From: Octopus vulgaris
Taxonomy: Eukaryota
Length of the DNA stretch: 64,000 nt
Assembly (NCBI GenBank): GCA_951406725.2
Contig: OX597816.1
Span: 173,600,001-173,664,000, forward strand
Direction of reading: 5' to 3'
Position 1 is the first letter of the stretch; each line of letters begins with the position of its first letter. The position numbers and the translations under genes are program-made. Positions 1 through 13,290 of the stretch are shown piece after piece. The notes beneath the pieces are model-generated. The model saw only the letters and a program-made list of their open reading frames with translations, was not told the DNA's origin and ran no database searches.

Positions 1-357
1 CGGAGGGTGGTACCCTTGATGCAGAGTATCCCTAGTAAGAATAGAGTAGATGAAAAACACTTAGGGAGCTATCAACAAAGGGATTCTTTTAGTAAGTAAA
101 CAGCAGATTATAAGATGCTTATGTATGAAACACAAAGTTGCATGGTAATGAAACATGATCACTGGCTACAGAAGATGTGCAAATGCTGGAAAATATGTGG
201 TGCTCCAGCATGACTGCAGTCAAATGACTGAAACAAGTAAAAAAATTAAAGAATATATATATGTGTGTGTGTGTGTGTGTAAATATAGATATGAAAAACT
301 GCTATATATAAAAACATGTCACAAAAATATTCTACCTTTAAGATAGCATGTTAGTGC

Positions 358-393
<36 letters not shown>

Positions 394-1647
394 GTGTGTG
401 TGTAATCATGTGAGAGAAAATGTGAGTGTGTGTGTATGTATGTATGTATGTATTCTTATTTGGTGACTATTTTATAGAAATAACACACTCTACATCTTGA
501 AGTCTTGAGTACTTTATTCTCTTTATATGTAAGCTATGCTGACACAAACACACACACTTGAAAGAAATAAAGAATGAATGAATGCTTGTATATAGTGTAC
601 ATGTGTATTTATACCAGTATGTGTGTGCTTTTTATATAAAGCTGATATGTGAATGTGTGTATATGTTCCACAATTTATTTACCAATAGATAAAAAGATCT
701 AGCATATCATTTACTCTAGTTATATCTATGCATGTTTGAATGAGTGTATAGAATTTCCTAACTATGCATTTGTGTTAGTATCACTCTGGATAATTGCATG
801 TCTAGTCTCTAGCTTTGTATATATGTAAGCATGCATGAGTGTCATTGTATAAAGGTAAAAATGATTTCTGTTATTATACATAAAAAGGATTAATCCTAGT
901 ACTTAGTAGAAATGATTATAATACACTTATTTTTAATTTTTAATATATCTTTATTGAAATATATGTATGCATGGGTCAATCTCTTCCAATTGTGTCAACA
1001 TTAGATGTGTGTGTGTGTGTGTGTGTGCATATTTCAACACATAATTTCACATCAGGAATCATGCAAAACAAATTCATAAACATGTGTGTGTGTGTGTGTG
1101 TGTGTGCATAGATATATAAGGTTCTGGTAGGGTATAAGGATAGGGTATTTCCAATGAGGCACTCCACCCAAGTGTCGGGCTACAACACAATTAGATTCCG
1201 TATAAATTCCGAAATTCTTCAGGTGTAGAAAATTTGGTTTCACAACAGTAAAATCATTGTGTGGATTTAGTGAAGAGTAAAATATAAGCCAAATAAGACA
1301 AAGAAAGACTTTAACACATCTTTGACAAATAAAGTGTGACAGGCCACGATCGTGGCCATCAGGCACAGGTCAACAGGCCACAATCATGGCCCAAATAGAT
1401 GCATTTAATTTATGGGTGTTTGTTGGGGTCTAATGTCACTTAAATGCTCCGATATCTCCCAGAATGCAAGAGGGCTCATAGTTCAACTAATGACTTTTCA
1501 GATGATGTAAAACTTGCCACCCTTATATACTAAGAAGATATTTTAACCATTTTTTGTTTTTTCTGTGTGCATCGTGGTCTCATTTTCATAAAATGTGCTC
1601 AGCAGTCCATGCTATGTAAGTGCAAATCCCAGTGTTTTATGGGTTAA

Positions 1648-2213
1648 TGATCAGTTACAATTGTTTCTGTACCAATTCTGCTTGCAATGCCATTTTACAC
1701 ACAAGTTTCGAGTGAAAATGTATGCAATATTTACCACAAATCTCTATATATAAAAGAGAGGTTGTGTGCTGTCTGTCTCCTACGATTTAGATTCCTAACT
1801 ACTCCCACATTTTGCGGTGCAGTTTAACCAAAACCGGGTATCTTATATTCGTGATTCATATTGAGCCCTTCTGGGTATTAGCGCATGTCTACAATGAGTC
1901 TACGATTAAAAAAAAAATTTACCATCATTATTTCACATTTTTAATGCATTTTTGGCATATATAAGGGAAGTAACTCTATGCATTATTAAATCTCAGAACG
2001 TAAAAAGCTACAGTAACCACCCCCCCTTTGTGGTTAGCCATATTGAGATGGCTATTATACTTTACATTTCTAAAAATGCTTATATAGTTGTTTCCCTTAC
2101 AAACCCGAGCAACACCGGGCGATACTGCTAGTATTACATACAATTTCACTTAGAACTTGTGTATAAAATGGTGCTGTAAGCAGAGTTGGTACAGAAAGAG
2201 TTTTAACTGATTA
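1648..2213. mobile_element. Old palindromic/foldback MITE with ~82-bp arms, interrupted by the Helitron
   Basis: About 1648-1729 is the approximate reverse complement of about 2132-2213 (roughly 80% by eye, e.g. ttctgtaccaattctgct / agcagagttggtacagaa). Confidence 0.6.
1741..2131 (+). mobile_element. Non-autonomous Helitron, family H1, copy 1
   Basis: Starts A|TC(TCTATATATAAAAG). Ends with a subterminal hairpin (cccgagcaacaccggg) then CTAG|T, with no TSD. Near-identical copies at 3219, 12894, 23998 and 60593. Confidence 0.85.
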
Positions 2214-2661
2214 TTAAATCTGTGTTTAAGTATTTCTTCGTCTTCTTATTTGGAATATATGTATATATGTATGTATAGATGTATGGATGGATGGATGCAT
2301 GCATGCATGCATGTATGTATATTTACAAACATACACACATACACAATAATAAAACATTAGAAGTGATTAACTATGCAATTTTTACAGTTATACACATATC
2401 TAAGTATGATTGGTGATGTTTTTATCATTGGCTGGCATGCAGCCTCATTTTCCATTGAAGTCAGCAATTGAAGTTGTTTTCCATCAAGATCAGTGTACTA
2501 TTTCTTGCAGAAGATTTGTTTGGAGCCCAAACAACTAAGGGAAGCCACAATGAAGACAACCATGGCAGCTGAGACAAGTCCAAGGTGGTTGCAGTTGATA
2601 ATATAGCACAGATGGAGACCTAAATGCAAAGGCTAATTCAATCTTCAGATGAAATACACAA

Positions 2662-3090
2662 GGCGCAGGAGTGGCTGTGTGGTAAGTAGCTTGCTAACCA
2701 ACCACATGGTTCCAGGTTCAGTCCCACTGCGTGGCATCTTGGGCAAGTGTCTTCTGCTATAGCCCCAGGCCGACCAATGCCTTGTGAGTGGATTTGGTAG
2801 ACGGAAACGGAAAAAAGCCTGTCGTATATATGTATATATATATATATGTATATGTGTGTGTGTGCATGTGTTTGTGTGTCTGTGTTTGTCCCCCTAGCAT
2901 TGCTTGACAACCGATGCTGGTGCATTTACGTCCCCGTCACTTAGCGGTTCGGCAAAAGAGACTGATAGAATAAGTACTGGGCTTACAAAGAATAAGTCCC
3001 GGGGTCGATTTGCTCGACTAAAGGCGGTGCTCCAGCATGGCCGCAGTCAAATGACTGAAACAAGTAAAAGAGTAAAAGAGTAAAGAGTAA
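2662..3090 (+). mobile_element. tRNA-derived SINE family A (CORE-like domain, internal microsatellite)
   Basis: A-box-like GTGGCTGTGTGGT, B-box-like GGTTCAGTCCC, CORE-like cttgggcaagtgtctt, internal (TA)/(TG) tract and (AAGAGTA)n tail. At least 8 near-identical copies in the window. Confidence 0.9.
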
Positions 3091-3218
3091 GGCAAGAAGC
3101 AGAACACTGCTGAAGAAACAGAACGATTTTCAACAATGCAATCGCTTTAGTCCCTATCAAGAGAAAAAAATTTCAGTTTATAAGAGGAAAATCAATTTCA
3201 CATAGCATTCTGTATTAG

Positions 3219-3459
3219 GAGAGTTACTTCCCTTATATAATAGCCAAAAAATGCATTAAAAATGGGAAAAAATTATGGTAATTTTTTTTTTAAATCGTAG
3301 ACTCATCGTAGACACGTGCTAATACCCAGAAGGGCTCGATATGAATCCCGACTATAAGATACCCGGTTTTGGTTACACTGCACCGCAAAATGTGGGAGTA
3401 GTTAGGAATCTAAATCGTAGGAGACAGACAGCACACAACTTCACTTTTATATATAAAGA
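3219..3459 (-). mobile_element. Non-autonomous Helitron H1, 3'-truncated copy
   Basis: Reverse complement of the H1 5' half, TC terminus at 3459. Hairpin/CTAG end is missing. Confidence 0.8.
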
Positions 3460-4070
3460 TATGGCTGACTTTTTGCCAATCTTCAACAACCTTCAAATCT
3501 AGGGCAAAATGAGGACTCGTCCTGCAATCATTGAGGAGCAACTTTTCGCACTTTAAATCACATTTCAACCGAATGTCTTAGGGCACTGGGAGAAAATCAA
3601 TACAAGTGGAGGCCTGGCAAGGACCTTCCAGAAATTGTCAAGTAGAAGCCAAGTGACCTACAGTGATGTCAACAAGCAACAGGTATCACTACTTGAAGAT
3701 ATCTAATTTCTGAAGGAAGATGGCAAGGCTTCAAAGGCAACAACAACTGGATGTGGAGTGAGGGGTATTTTTCTATTTTGCATCAAGCTTTTGGCTGAGA
3801 GGTGCAAGTGCATCTGAAGGAAAGGCTTATCTCTTCAGAAGAGGTGGCAATAACATTGTTTCTTTGTAAAAGTACAAAATCTATCATGGTGGCCAATCTG
3901 ACAGTTCCTTGGGATGACAGACTTGACATACATTCTCCAAGAAAGTTAAATGCAGAACTGGATTGATAAAGCTTTTTTCAAAGAATGACATACATTCTCT
4001 ATTAGTCAACTTTTTTAAATTAAGGGATTAGGTACACTACTAAGTTGTGCAAATTGTCAATATGATACAG
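3460..4070 (+). pseudogene. Decayed RLE-type non-LTR retrotransposon C-terminus (HERO/NeSL-like)
   Basis: Broken translation gives ..EDSSC..TLNHISTECLRALGENQYKWR.. (CCHC knuckle followed by Y.WRH-like) and ..KSIMVANLTVPWDDRLD (ELTVPWE-like endonuclease motif). Confidence 0.5.
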
Positions 4071-5399
4071 TGAAAGTCAGAAGTGGTAAATTGATTGAGG
4101 AAGGTATAGATATACTGTCAGTAGATTTAATGATGCAGAAGCTGTTGTCATAGTGGTAAAAAAAGAGATGATACAACTCAGCAGTGAGCCAGTGACTGGA
4201 TATTGCTGTCCTAGCAATTGTCGTAGCACCAAGAAGAAAATATCAAGATATCAACGAAGTCTAGTATTGTGTAGAAGGTAGCAGGAGAAAATATAAAAAT
4301 TACATAAAATATAAATTAAGAAAATATAAATTACAGAAAATTACGGTAGATTTGGATGGGGTTAGCAGTAAGTTAGACCAAGTCTAGGTCAGTTGGGTGT
4401 TAGTTAGACCAAGTCTAGGTTATCTGGGTGTTAGGACCAAGTCTAAGTTAGCTGTGTGAGGAGTCAGAGCAATAAGGATTTGGGATAAAGTTGTTAGGTC
4501 AAATTTTATGAAGTTCGGCATTGTCTAACAGACAAGATGAAACATGAACAGGAATGCATTGGAATATACTATAGTGTTTACTTGTTCATTTGACACAACA
4601 ATAAAAGTAGATTATTGATCATGATTATGATGATGGTGATGATGATTATGATGTAATTAAATCAACTAAGTTTATCATAAAAAGCAGTGCATCATTTCAG
4701 ACATAGTTGTTGCTCCATCTGATGAAAACTCCTAGGTCTTTCATCTCCTTATGCCTCCCTAGACACACTGCTCAGATGTTAGTTGTTATAACCACAAAGA
4801 TTTTGATAATATTGGTTAAACCATTAAATTGCAGACACACTCTAGTTAGTGTGTGACACAGTGCCGTTAACAATAGAGACAACTGTAGAGAAACGGCAAA
4901 TTCTGCTGCAGTTTGGAAGGAAGTACATGTACTGGCAGTTTGGTTCTTTACAGAGCCGACATAGGACTACACAACAGCAGCAACTAGCTGTTAAGATCTT
5001 GCATTCTGCAGCATTAACTTTCAGAGCTGTGGGTAACACCTAGTTAACCTCATAAGCTCATTATGGTTAATGAAAGTGTACAGTCCTACTGAGCCTCACT
5101 TTTTCACTCACATTCACCAGTCAAATCATTTGAATTGTATACTTCTATCACACAACAATTTTAATGGAATACCATCTACTTCCAGCATGTGATGGTCAGT
5201 ATACATAGTCCATTCCTCTTCACACTCCTTAAGGTAACATTTGGATAGCATACTTGGTTACCAAAATCCCAAACTCAAATATTTAATCAATAAGGGAATT
5301 GCCAAAACTGTAGCTATGGTTCCTTCTCAGACCAGTTTATGAAGAAAAAAAAAAAGGAAAATAATCAGCTACATGAATCTCTAAGCAACAGAAACCTCT

Positions 5400-7330
5400 T
5401 ACAGAAGATGTGTAGTTTTACAGATTTCTTCAGAATTTAGTAGTGTATTGAAATTCTTTCATAATGAGTGTTGCTTTTGGCTTTATCAACATACGTTAGC
5501 CAGGGTAAACATAGCACAACTGTCAAAGCGCAGTTCCCATTGGCTGACATAGCTAAGGCAGTGTCAACAAAGACACTAAAAAATGATGAAATAATGCTGC
5601 TGCCCACATACTTGGGCCACAGAACAGCTAAAATCACAATAGAAGCAACGCCTGCTGGATATGAAGTTTTGTGGGTGGTGGCAGCAGTAATATACGACAT
5701 GGAGGAGAAAGTAACCATCTTGCAAATGAAAAAGAAAGATGCGATAAATTGGAAAGGCCAAGCACTCAAATTAGTGGTACAAGCCGCTAATGAAACTTTA
5801 GAAAATTTGCCTGATAGGGTGTTTGTAGGGGAAGGGCTCTCCATGCGATATGGACTTCACTACTGTAACATATAAACAAAAGAAAGCACATGTCCCGGAA
5901 TCCCTTCCTCAAACAAAAAAATCATCAAAGCATGCAGACACACATAACCAAACTCACCAACCCAGTCCCATGGTTAAACAATTTGCCAAACCCCTCTCCA
6001 AAACACATGGAAAAAAGAAAAAAATATTAGCAATCAGAGGTAAAAAAACGAGGCATTAAACAGAATCATTAGATCACACCACAAAGCAAGAGTTTACAAA
6101 GAATGAGAAAACAATAAAACTGATGTTCGATTTTCAAAGATGAAGGAAACTTTATATACAGAGCTTAAAGCATGCTACTCAGATGACATTAGAGATGTGA
6201 GTGTGGAAGTGGCTGAAAGCAAATTAATTGTAAGCCCGGCAGCCACACCAAGAGAAAGTCCTACAACAACACCATCGAAAAGCCCAGTGACTACACCAAA
6301 TAAAGAGAAAGATGGGGAGGCAGGCAGAATTGCGCAGTCCCTCCCCAAACTGAAACTGTAAGTTATCCCTTTCTTTTATTTTTCTCAATGATGATTAAGT
6401 TAGGGTGCATAAATGTGCATGGACTGGGGTTGAAATGGAAACAGGTTTGTTTCCTGGATGACCTCAGGACACGAGATATAAATGTAGCCATTGCAATTGA
6501 GTCCAAGTTGAGTGGACCACAAGTGTTCTCACCTCTTCTGAATGGCTATGAGAAATTTGTTTCTCCTAATCAACGAGAAGGAGGGAGCGTGGTGGTCTTT
6601 TTCAGGAAGAACTTGGACATGCAGCTAAGTACCATCTTTCTGGACCCAGAAGGTAGGCTGGTCGTCCTGGAAGTGACTCACAAAAGTAAACAGTCCTTCA
6701 GGTTGGTAGCTGTCTATGCTCCTAACGAGCATGGGCAGTCTGTTTTTTTCGAGACTTGGAGCACTTTTTAGTGACATCAAAAATGGTAGTTCTGTTAGGA
6801 GACTTTAACACTATCCTTGATGCGTGGGTGGATAGTGTTGGCTCGATTGATAGGAGGGGAAATCCTGGCCTCATGGGTCTACTAGAGAGCTATAATCAAG
6901 TAGACAATTACAGACTGGATGAGCTGAGTGTTCCACAGTGGATGTGGAGTATTTGTTAGAGATAGAGATAAGGATACTTTTAGCTGTCCACAATTTTGTA
7001 TTGTGTCTTACACAGATCACAAATTAATGACATGTGAGGTACATATAGATATCATAGACAGGGTCCCGGGTACTGGAAGATGAACAAGTCTATTTTGACT
7101 TGTGAAGCCTTCTGTACTCGGACTAAGATGTTAGTACAGAGGGCACTATGTGGTACCATCATTAACAATAGATGGTGGCACACCCTCAGGAGAGCCATTC
7201 ATTTAGAGTCTATTAGAATTAGTAATCAGCTAAGTTTAGATAGATCTAGAATAGAAGGGGAATTAGTTAAGAATTTAGATGAGGCTATCAACTCATTTGA
7301 TTGCATGTCATTTCATGTGGCTGAAGTCTT
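5400..7330 (+). pseudogene. Decayed Tx1/L1-like LINE: ORF1 remnant and APE endonuclease N-terminus of ORF2
   Basis: ORFs 6388-6771, 6756-6959 and 7080+ give IKLGCINVHGL, DPEGRLVVLEV, FRLVAVYAPN, VVLLGDFN, SYTDHK and GPGYWKMNKSIL, split by frameshifts and stops. 5468-6361 is an ORF1-like upstream region. No RT present. Confidence 0.8.
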
Positions 7331-7503
7331 GAATCCATTCACTGACCATGAATCCATTTATGTATATGCATATAAATGTGCTGGTGAGTGTATGTGTGTG
7401 GCTGTTTGTATGAGTGTCCATGTATAGCGATGTGTATATTGAAGAGTGTGTGTTTGTGGATATAAGTGGAGTGGTATTGTCTTGTGCTTCCTGTCATCCA
7501 TCT

Positions 7504-7607
7504 TAATTAACCTGAAGATGTTCATAAGGAGGATTCTTTAAATAAACCTTAATAGTCTATAAGTTTTCATCAGCTACAAATAGAAATTTAAAACGATTAG
7601 TTAATTA
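7504..7607 (+). ncRNA. Degenerate Penelope-type minimal hammerhead motif
   Basis: Stem I taattaac/gttaatta (8 bp), core CTGAAGA at 7512-7518, long stem II region, then AAAA (G12 lost), cgat and TA. Confidence 0.35.
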
Positions 7608-7769
7608 GCTCAACAAAGACTGCATAGACTACAACTATTCGTTAAGCCACTAACTCAACATAGATGCAGATGATTATGGTAATGGTAATAACAACAACAA
7701 CAACAGCAGCAGTGGCGGCGGCGGCGGCACCACCACCACTACCACTACCAAGCAACAACCCATCAGTGG

Positions 7770-9796
7770 CTGCGAAATTCAGGACTAAAAGCAGAGTCTG
7801 AAGGTTTCATATTGGCAGCACAAGGTCAAAGCTTGCTTACCAGAAACTACCAGGCTAATGGAAGTTGTTAACAGGAATACTTTCAGAAAGCATTTACGAG
7901 CACTTTGACAACCAGAATTTACTGCAAGAAGAATATAAAGGTTGCAGGAAGAAGGCTAGAGAAACACATGATCTATTATACATAGACTAAGTAGTTTTAA
8001 ATGAAGTAAAAGCTAGAAAGAAAAATCTAACAATAGCATGGATAGATTATAAGAAAGCCAATGACATGATCCCAGACTCCTGGATAAGTGAATGTTTGAA
8101 TATATTCAATATAGCAAACAGCATAAGAGAATTAATTAGCTGTAGCATGAAGAAATGGAAAGTAGATCTCTACTCAGGTGACACGATCTTAGGGAAAGTT
8201 AATATCGAAAGAGGAATTTTCCAGGGGGACTTGCTGTCTCTTTTGATATTTGACTTATGTTTGATCCCCCTCAGTTTAGTATTAAGGAAGGCAAAGCACA
8301 GTATCAGTTCAGAAATAGTAAGATAAAAATTAACCATTTGCTCTACATGGATAATCTGAAGCTTTTTAGTAAGAATGAAAAAGACATTCCTTAATACAGA
8401 CTGAAAGACTCTTCAGCAAAGATAAAGGCATGGAATTTGGCATAGATAAGTGTGCAATATTAGTCATGAGAAGGGGACAGGCAGTCAACAGTGAAAGCAT
8501 CCAGTTACCAGCTGGCCAGACATTAAAATCATTGAAAGGAGGAGATAGTTATAAGTATCCAGGAGTATTAGAATCTGACAGAGTACTAACTATAGAAATG
8601 AAAACGAAAATTGAGAAGGAGTACATCAGAAGGGTGAGGAAGCTAATGAAGTCAACTCTAAATGGTTCGAATCTAGTTGAGGCTGTAAAACCTTGGGCAG
8701 TATCATTACTTAGATACTCGGCAGCTTTTGTAGATTGGACAAAAATTGAATTTGCAAAGCTAGACAGAAGAATTAGGAAGGAATTCAATATGAATGGAGG
8801 ACTCCACACAAGATCAGGAGTGGCAAGATTATACTTACCTAGATAGGAAGGCGGAAGAGGGTTAATATCAGTAGAAGACTGTGTGGAGTTAGCTACAGTA
8901 GATATAGACTCCTATGTAGATAATAGTGAAGAAAGTTTATTAAAAGTCGCTAGAGTCACAACAAGATATAGGGAAACCAAAAACTCAAACAAAGTTAAAA
9001 ACCAGAAAAAAGAACAGAAGTTCTCTGACAGGCATAAAATAGTTGTAGCAAATAGTAGTGGTGAGACATGGTTATAGTTGCAGAATGAAGGCTGAAAAGG
9101 GAGACAGAAAGTTTGTTAGTTGCAGCACAGGATTAAACATTAAGGACTAATTAGATAAAAGCCAAGATAGACAAAAAACAAATAGATTCCCAATGTAGGT
9201 TGTGCAAATCAAAAGAGGAAAAGGTTATTCATATAGTAAGTGGATGTAGTAGTATGCTGGCAGAGAAAGAATACAAGAAAAGACATGACAACCTAGGGAG
9301 AGTAATCCACTTGGAGTTATGTAGAAAGCTAGGATTGGAACATACTGATAAATGGTAGGAACATGAACCTAGTAAAGTACTAGAAAGTAAGAAATATAAG
9401 ATGTTGCAAGACTTTAACATGCAGATGGACAGAGTAACAGACGCTAGTAGATAAAGAGAACAGAAAGTACAGTCCGAAATGATGAAAAATCAGTATGAGA
9501 GGTATAGAAAAAATAGCAAAGTACCAGCACCTAGCCATTGAATTACAGAGACTAATGGAAAGTGCAGGTAAAATGTATCCCAGTAGTTACAGTTGCATTG
9601 GGAACTGTCCCTAAAAATGTGAACAGATAGATAGAGGAAATAGGCATAAAACCCAGTTTAGTACAGCTCCAGAAAACAGTGTTATTAGGGACAGCTAAGA
9701 TACTTAAGAGGGTTCTTGGTAGCTAAGGTTATTAGTTGTAGCCTGATGTTAGGAATTTTTCTTTTTCAACAGTCTAATCTGTTGTGTGTATATGAA
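7770..9796 (+). pseudogene. Decayed Dong/R4-clade non-LTR retrotransposon (RT, CCHC knuckle, restriction-like endonuclease), 5'-truncated
   Basis: AWIDYKKANDMIP, RGIFQGDLLS, INHLLYMDNLKLF, MEFGIDKCA, RLYLPR*EGGRGL, CRLCKSKEEKVIHIVSGC, KRHDNL and LQKTVLLGTAKILKRVL, with many stops and frameshifts. The 3' end abuts a (TAA)n tract, the known Dong target. 7770-7860 is a fragment of a related subfamily (GLKAESEGFILAAQ). Confidence 0.88.
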
Positions 9797-9813
9797 TAAT
9801 AATAATAATAATG

Positions 9814-9900
<87 letters not shown>
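9797..9900. repeat. (TAA)n microsatellite
   Basis: Direct observation. Confidence 0.95.
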
Positions 9901-10455
9901 GCCCTGATGCAGTACCAGGCAGTGTCTCTCATGGCTTCTGACCTTAACTGATTGGAAGTGTTATCATGTACATTGTTTTGTCTTGGTATAAAAGATGGGC
10001 TACAGCAAATATTCTGCTCAATACCACAGATTTACTTGTCAGTTGTTTGACCGTAACCAGTTGAGCATGTCCCTTAATGGCTGACGATATGTGCATCTCT
10101 GATCACGAGCAGAAGTAGTGAGGGAGCATCATAGCCATGTGTTGAGAGGGATTCTTTGGAGTTTGAATGATTCACCTCTGGAAACATGGGTGTTTCATTC
10201 AACATCCTTAAACAACCCTTAATCAGGGACCTTTTGAGCGGGATGGGTTACCCAACCAGAAGAAAATTCTAACTGGGCCCCACCCGCAAGGTCATGCGCT
10301 GTTTATCTTGTTATGAGATCACCATGTCGCGCACATATGGTTGTGATGCATGTGCCTGGTGTACCCTTATCAGATGGGTAGTCATAATGGGTATACTGGG
10401 CTTCGTATATTTGTACCCCAGTGTCACTTTGATGGCATGAACTGCTCTCTCACTC
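9901..10455 (+). mobile_element. ~555-bp non-coding retroelement embedded in (TAA)n, probably a non-autonomous Dong/R4 partner
   Basis: Flanked on both sides by (TAA)n. A diverged partial copy lies inverted at 21221-21385, also next to a TAA/ATT tract. Confidence 0.6.
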
Positions 10456-10466
10456 AATAATAATAA

Positions 10467-10497
<31 letters not shown>

Positions 10498-10774
10498 AAT
10501 AATATATTCTTTAGCCATAAGGAGCCAAAGAGATACAAACTATGAAATTTCAATAGGGGTTGCAAACAAAGGGAGCGGAAATGATAACACAAAGCATGAA
10601 GAACATGTTTACAAATTATGAAGGTAGGGGGCTAAGCGACATTACGTAATACATTGAAGGATGTAGTAAACGTTTTTAAGATACACACACACATACACAT
10701 ATACATACACATAATACACACATTTGCATGTAAATAGATACAAATATATATAATAAAACACAATGATTAAAACA

Positions 10775-11180
10775 AGGAGTGGCTGTGTGGTAAGTAGCTT
10801 GCTAACCAACCACATGGTTCCGGGTTCAGTCCCACTGCATGACATCTTGGGCAAGTGTCTTCTGCTATAGCCCCGGGCCGACCAATGCCTTGTGAGTGGA
10901 TTTGGTAGATGGAAACTGAAAGAAGCCTGTTGTATATATGTATATATATATATTATATATATGTGTGTTTGTGTGTGTGTGTTTGTCCCCCTAGCATTGC
11001 TTGACAACCGATGCTGGTGTGTTTACGTCCCCGTCGCTTAGCAGTTCGGCAAAAGAGACCGATAGAATAAGTACTGGGCTTACAAAGAATAAGTCCCGGG
11101 GTCAATTTGCTTGACTAAAGGCGGTGCTCCAGCATGGCCGCAGTCAAATGACTGAAACAAGTAAAAGAGTAAGAGTAAAA
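10775..11180 (+). mobile_element. SINE family A copy
   Basis: Near-identical to 2662-3090. Confidence 0.9.
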
Positions 11181-11309
11181 CCTGGAAGATTTTCTGGCTA
11201 GGTCAAGTTGGATATTTTATGTTTCTAGTTACTTGACCATTTCTTAAATTGTGTCCAAGTGCAAACGAATACACCATTAAACATGAAACTGACCTCAACA
11301 GAATTTATA

Positions 11310-11521
11310 ATCTTTTCTACAATGGGCACAATGACTGGAATTTAAGGCAAGGGATTAGTTAATTAGATTGACCCTAGTGCTCAACTGGTAGTTATTTTAT
11401 TGACCCTGAAAGGATGAAAAGTAAGGTTGACCTCCATAGAATTTGAACTCAGAACATAAGATGGACAAAATACTACTAAGTATTTTGTCTGGCACAATAA
11501 TGATTCTGCTAGTCGCTGCCT
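11310..11521 (-). mobile_element. SINE family B, old copy
   Basis: Diverged, CpG-decayed match to 21632-21854. Confidence 0.65.
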
Positions 11522-11710
11522 TAGTAACATTAATAATGATAATGATTTACTACTTATTAACAATGACTTTTTTGTTCATAACACTAACAAAAACTGCATA
11601 TAAAACAATACACTTTCTAGTGGTTTTGAACAACTCCACATGGGTAAACACAATTCTATAACTGTGTGAATGAAAGGAAGACACACATACCTCATTCCCT
11701 GACATTAACT

Positions 11711-11882
11711 GTGAGAGTGTGTGTGTGTGTCTGTGTGTGCATGTGTGTGTGTGAGTGTGTATGTGTGTGTGTGTGCATGTGTGTGTGTATGTGTGTGTGA
11801 GTGTGTGTGTGTGAGTGTGTGCGTGTGTGCGTATGTGTGTGTGAGTGCCTGTGTGTATGTATGTGTGTGTGTGTGTGTGTGT
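11711..11882. repeat. (TG)n compound microsatellite
   Basis: Direct observation. Confidence 0.95.
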
Positions 11883-12127
11883 AGTTTCTCAGAAACAGAG
11901 ATATAGAAATATGCTACCAGCAATAGAGTTATTGAAGTGTTAACTGGGGGACTGATATTGGTCTATTTACATTTTATGCTCATACACATACCACCACCAC
12001 CCACCACCCACCACCACCCACTATCATCATCACTTGAACATCCAGTTTAGATTTTAGATAAGGTGACATTTGTTTAATAAATCTGAAATATATTTTGTAT
12101 GCTCCTAGATCTCGAGTACTGTCTTCA

Positions 12128-12640
12128 ATCATCATCATTCAATGTCTGTTTTCTATGCTGGCATTGGTGGGACAGTTTGACAGGAGCTGACCAACTGGAG
12201 AACTGCACCATTCTCTAATTGTGTGTTTGGGCATGATTTCAATGGCTGGATGCCCTTCTTAATGCCAGCCACTTCACAGTGTACCAAGTGCATTTTTACA
12301 TGGCACTAGCATCAGTGCTTTTTACATGGTACCAGCACAAGTGTTCTTTATGTGGCACCAGCACAAGTGACTTTTATGTAGCAACAGCATGGGTGCTTTT
12401 GATGTAGTACCAGCACAGGTGCTTTTTAAGTGGTACCAGCACCCACGAGCTCACAAGACAGGGACCTCTCAGCTGAGAGAGGAAGTGGAACCGAGAGAGT
12501 AGAGTATAACAGAGAGACAAAGATAACCCTCTTACTACCAAGGAGATACTTGGCTACCTCACTAGAACCAGTAAGGAGAGGAAGGTGGGAGAGAGTTAAA
12601 GAGCGAGATAGCAGTGGAGTACCAAGAGTGGGCAGCACAA
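12128..12640 (-). mobile_element. Old RTE-LINE 3' UTR fragment
   Basis: (CAT)n start, ggctggatgcccttcttaatgccagcc, and repeated gtgctttttacatggtaccagcac units as in 14249-15070. Confidence 0.65.
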
Positions 12641-12893
12641 TTTATTTAAATTAATATATCATTAATAAAAATGCAGTATGAATATTATAGACTTTAATAA
12701 TGTATAGTAGCTATTAAAATTTATTAAAATTTAAATTTATCATCATTAAACTTGTATCATGTGTTAATATTGTGTAATATACAGTATAATATTGTTAATA
12801 CAGTAATATTGTGTGTCGATGATATTTAGAAAGTTGATTATTTTTTAGGTTGGTCTATAATCTATTTGGTTTTATTCATATAAATTTATGATA

Positions 12894-13290
12894 TCTTAAT
12901 ATATAAAAGTGAAGTTGTGTGTCTGTCTCCTGCGATTTAGATTCCTAACTACTCCCACATTTTGCGGTGCAGTTTAACCAAAACCGGGTATCTTATAGTC
13001 GTGATTCATATCGAGCCCTTCTGGGTATTAGCGTGCGTCTACGATGAGTCTACGATTTAAAAAATAATTTACCATCATTTTTTTCCATTTTAATGCATTT
13101 TTTTGCTATTATATAAGGGAAGTAACTCTCTAAAAATGTCTACGATGAGTCAACGATTTAAAAAAAAATTTACCATCATTTTTTTCCATTTTTAATGCAT
13201 TTTTTTGCTATTTTTTGGCTATAACTCTCTAAAAATACTTATATAGTTATTTCCCTTACAAACCCGAGCAGCGCCGGGCGATACTGCTAG
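12894..13290 (+). mobile_element. Non-autonomous Helitron H1 variant with an internal duplication
   Basis: A|TC start, hairpin cccgagcagcgccggg and CTAG|T end. The segment gtctacgatgagtc...taactctctaaaaat is duplicated (about 13037-13137 and 13138-13236). Confidence 0.85.

Noticed and set aside
2638-2925. Recurrent small ORFs (YQIHSQGIGRPGAIAEDTCPRCH..., QASFSFRLPNPLTRHWSARG...)
   Set aside because: Read-through of SINE family A copies, not a gene family.
6388-9725. A single intact LINE with APE and RT
   Set aside because: The APE part is Tx1/L1-like while the RT-CCHC-RLE part is Dong/R4-like. They are separate decayed elements with unrelated DNA between them and many stops.
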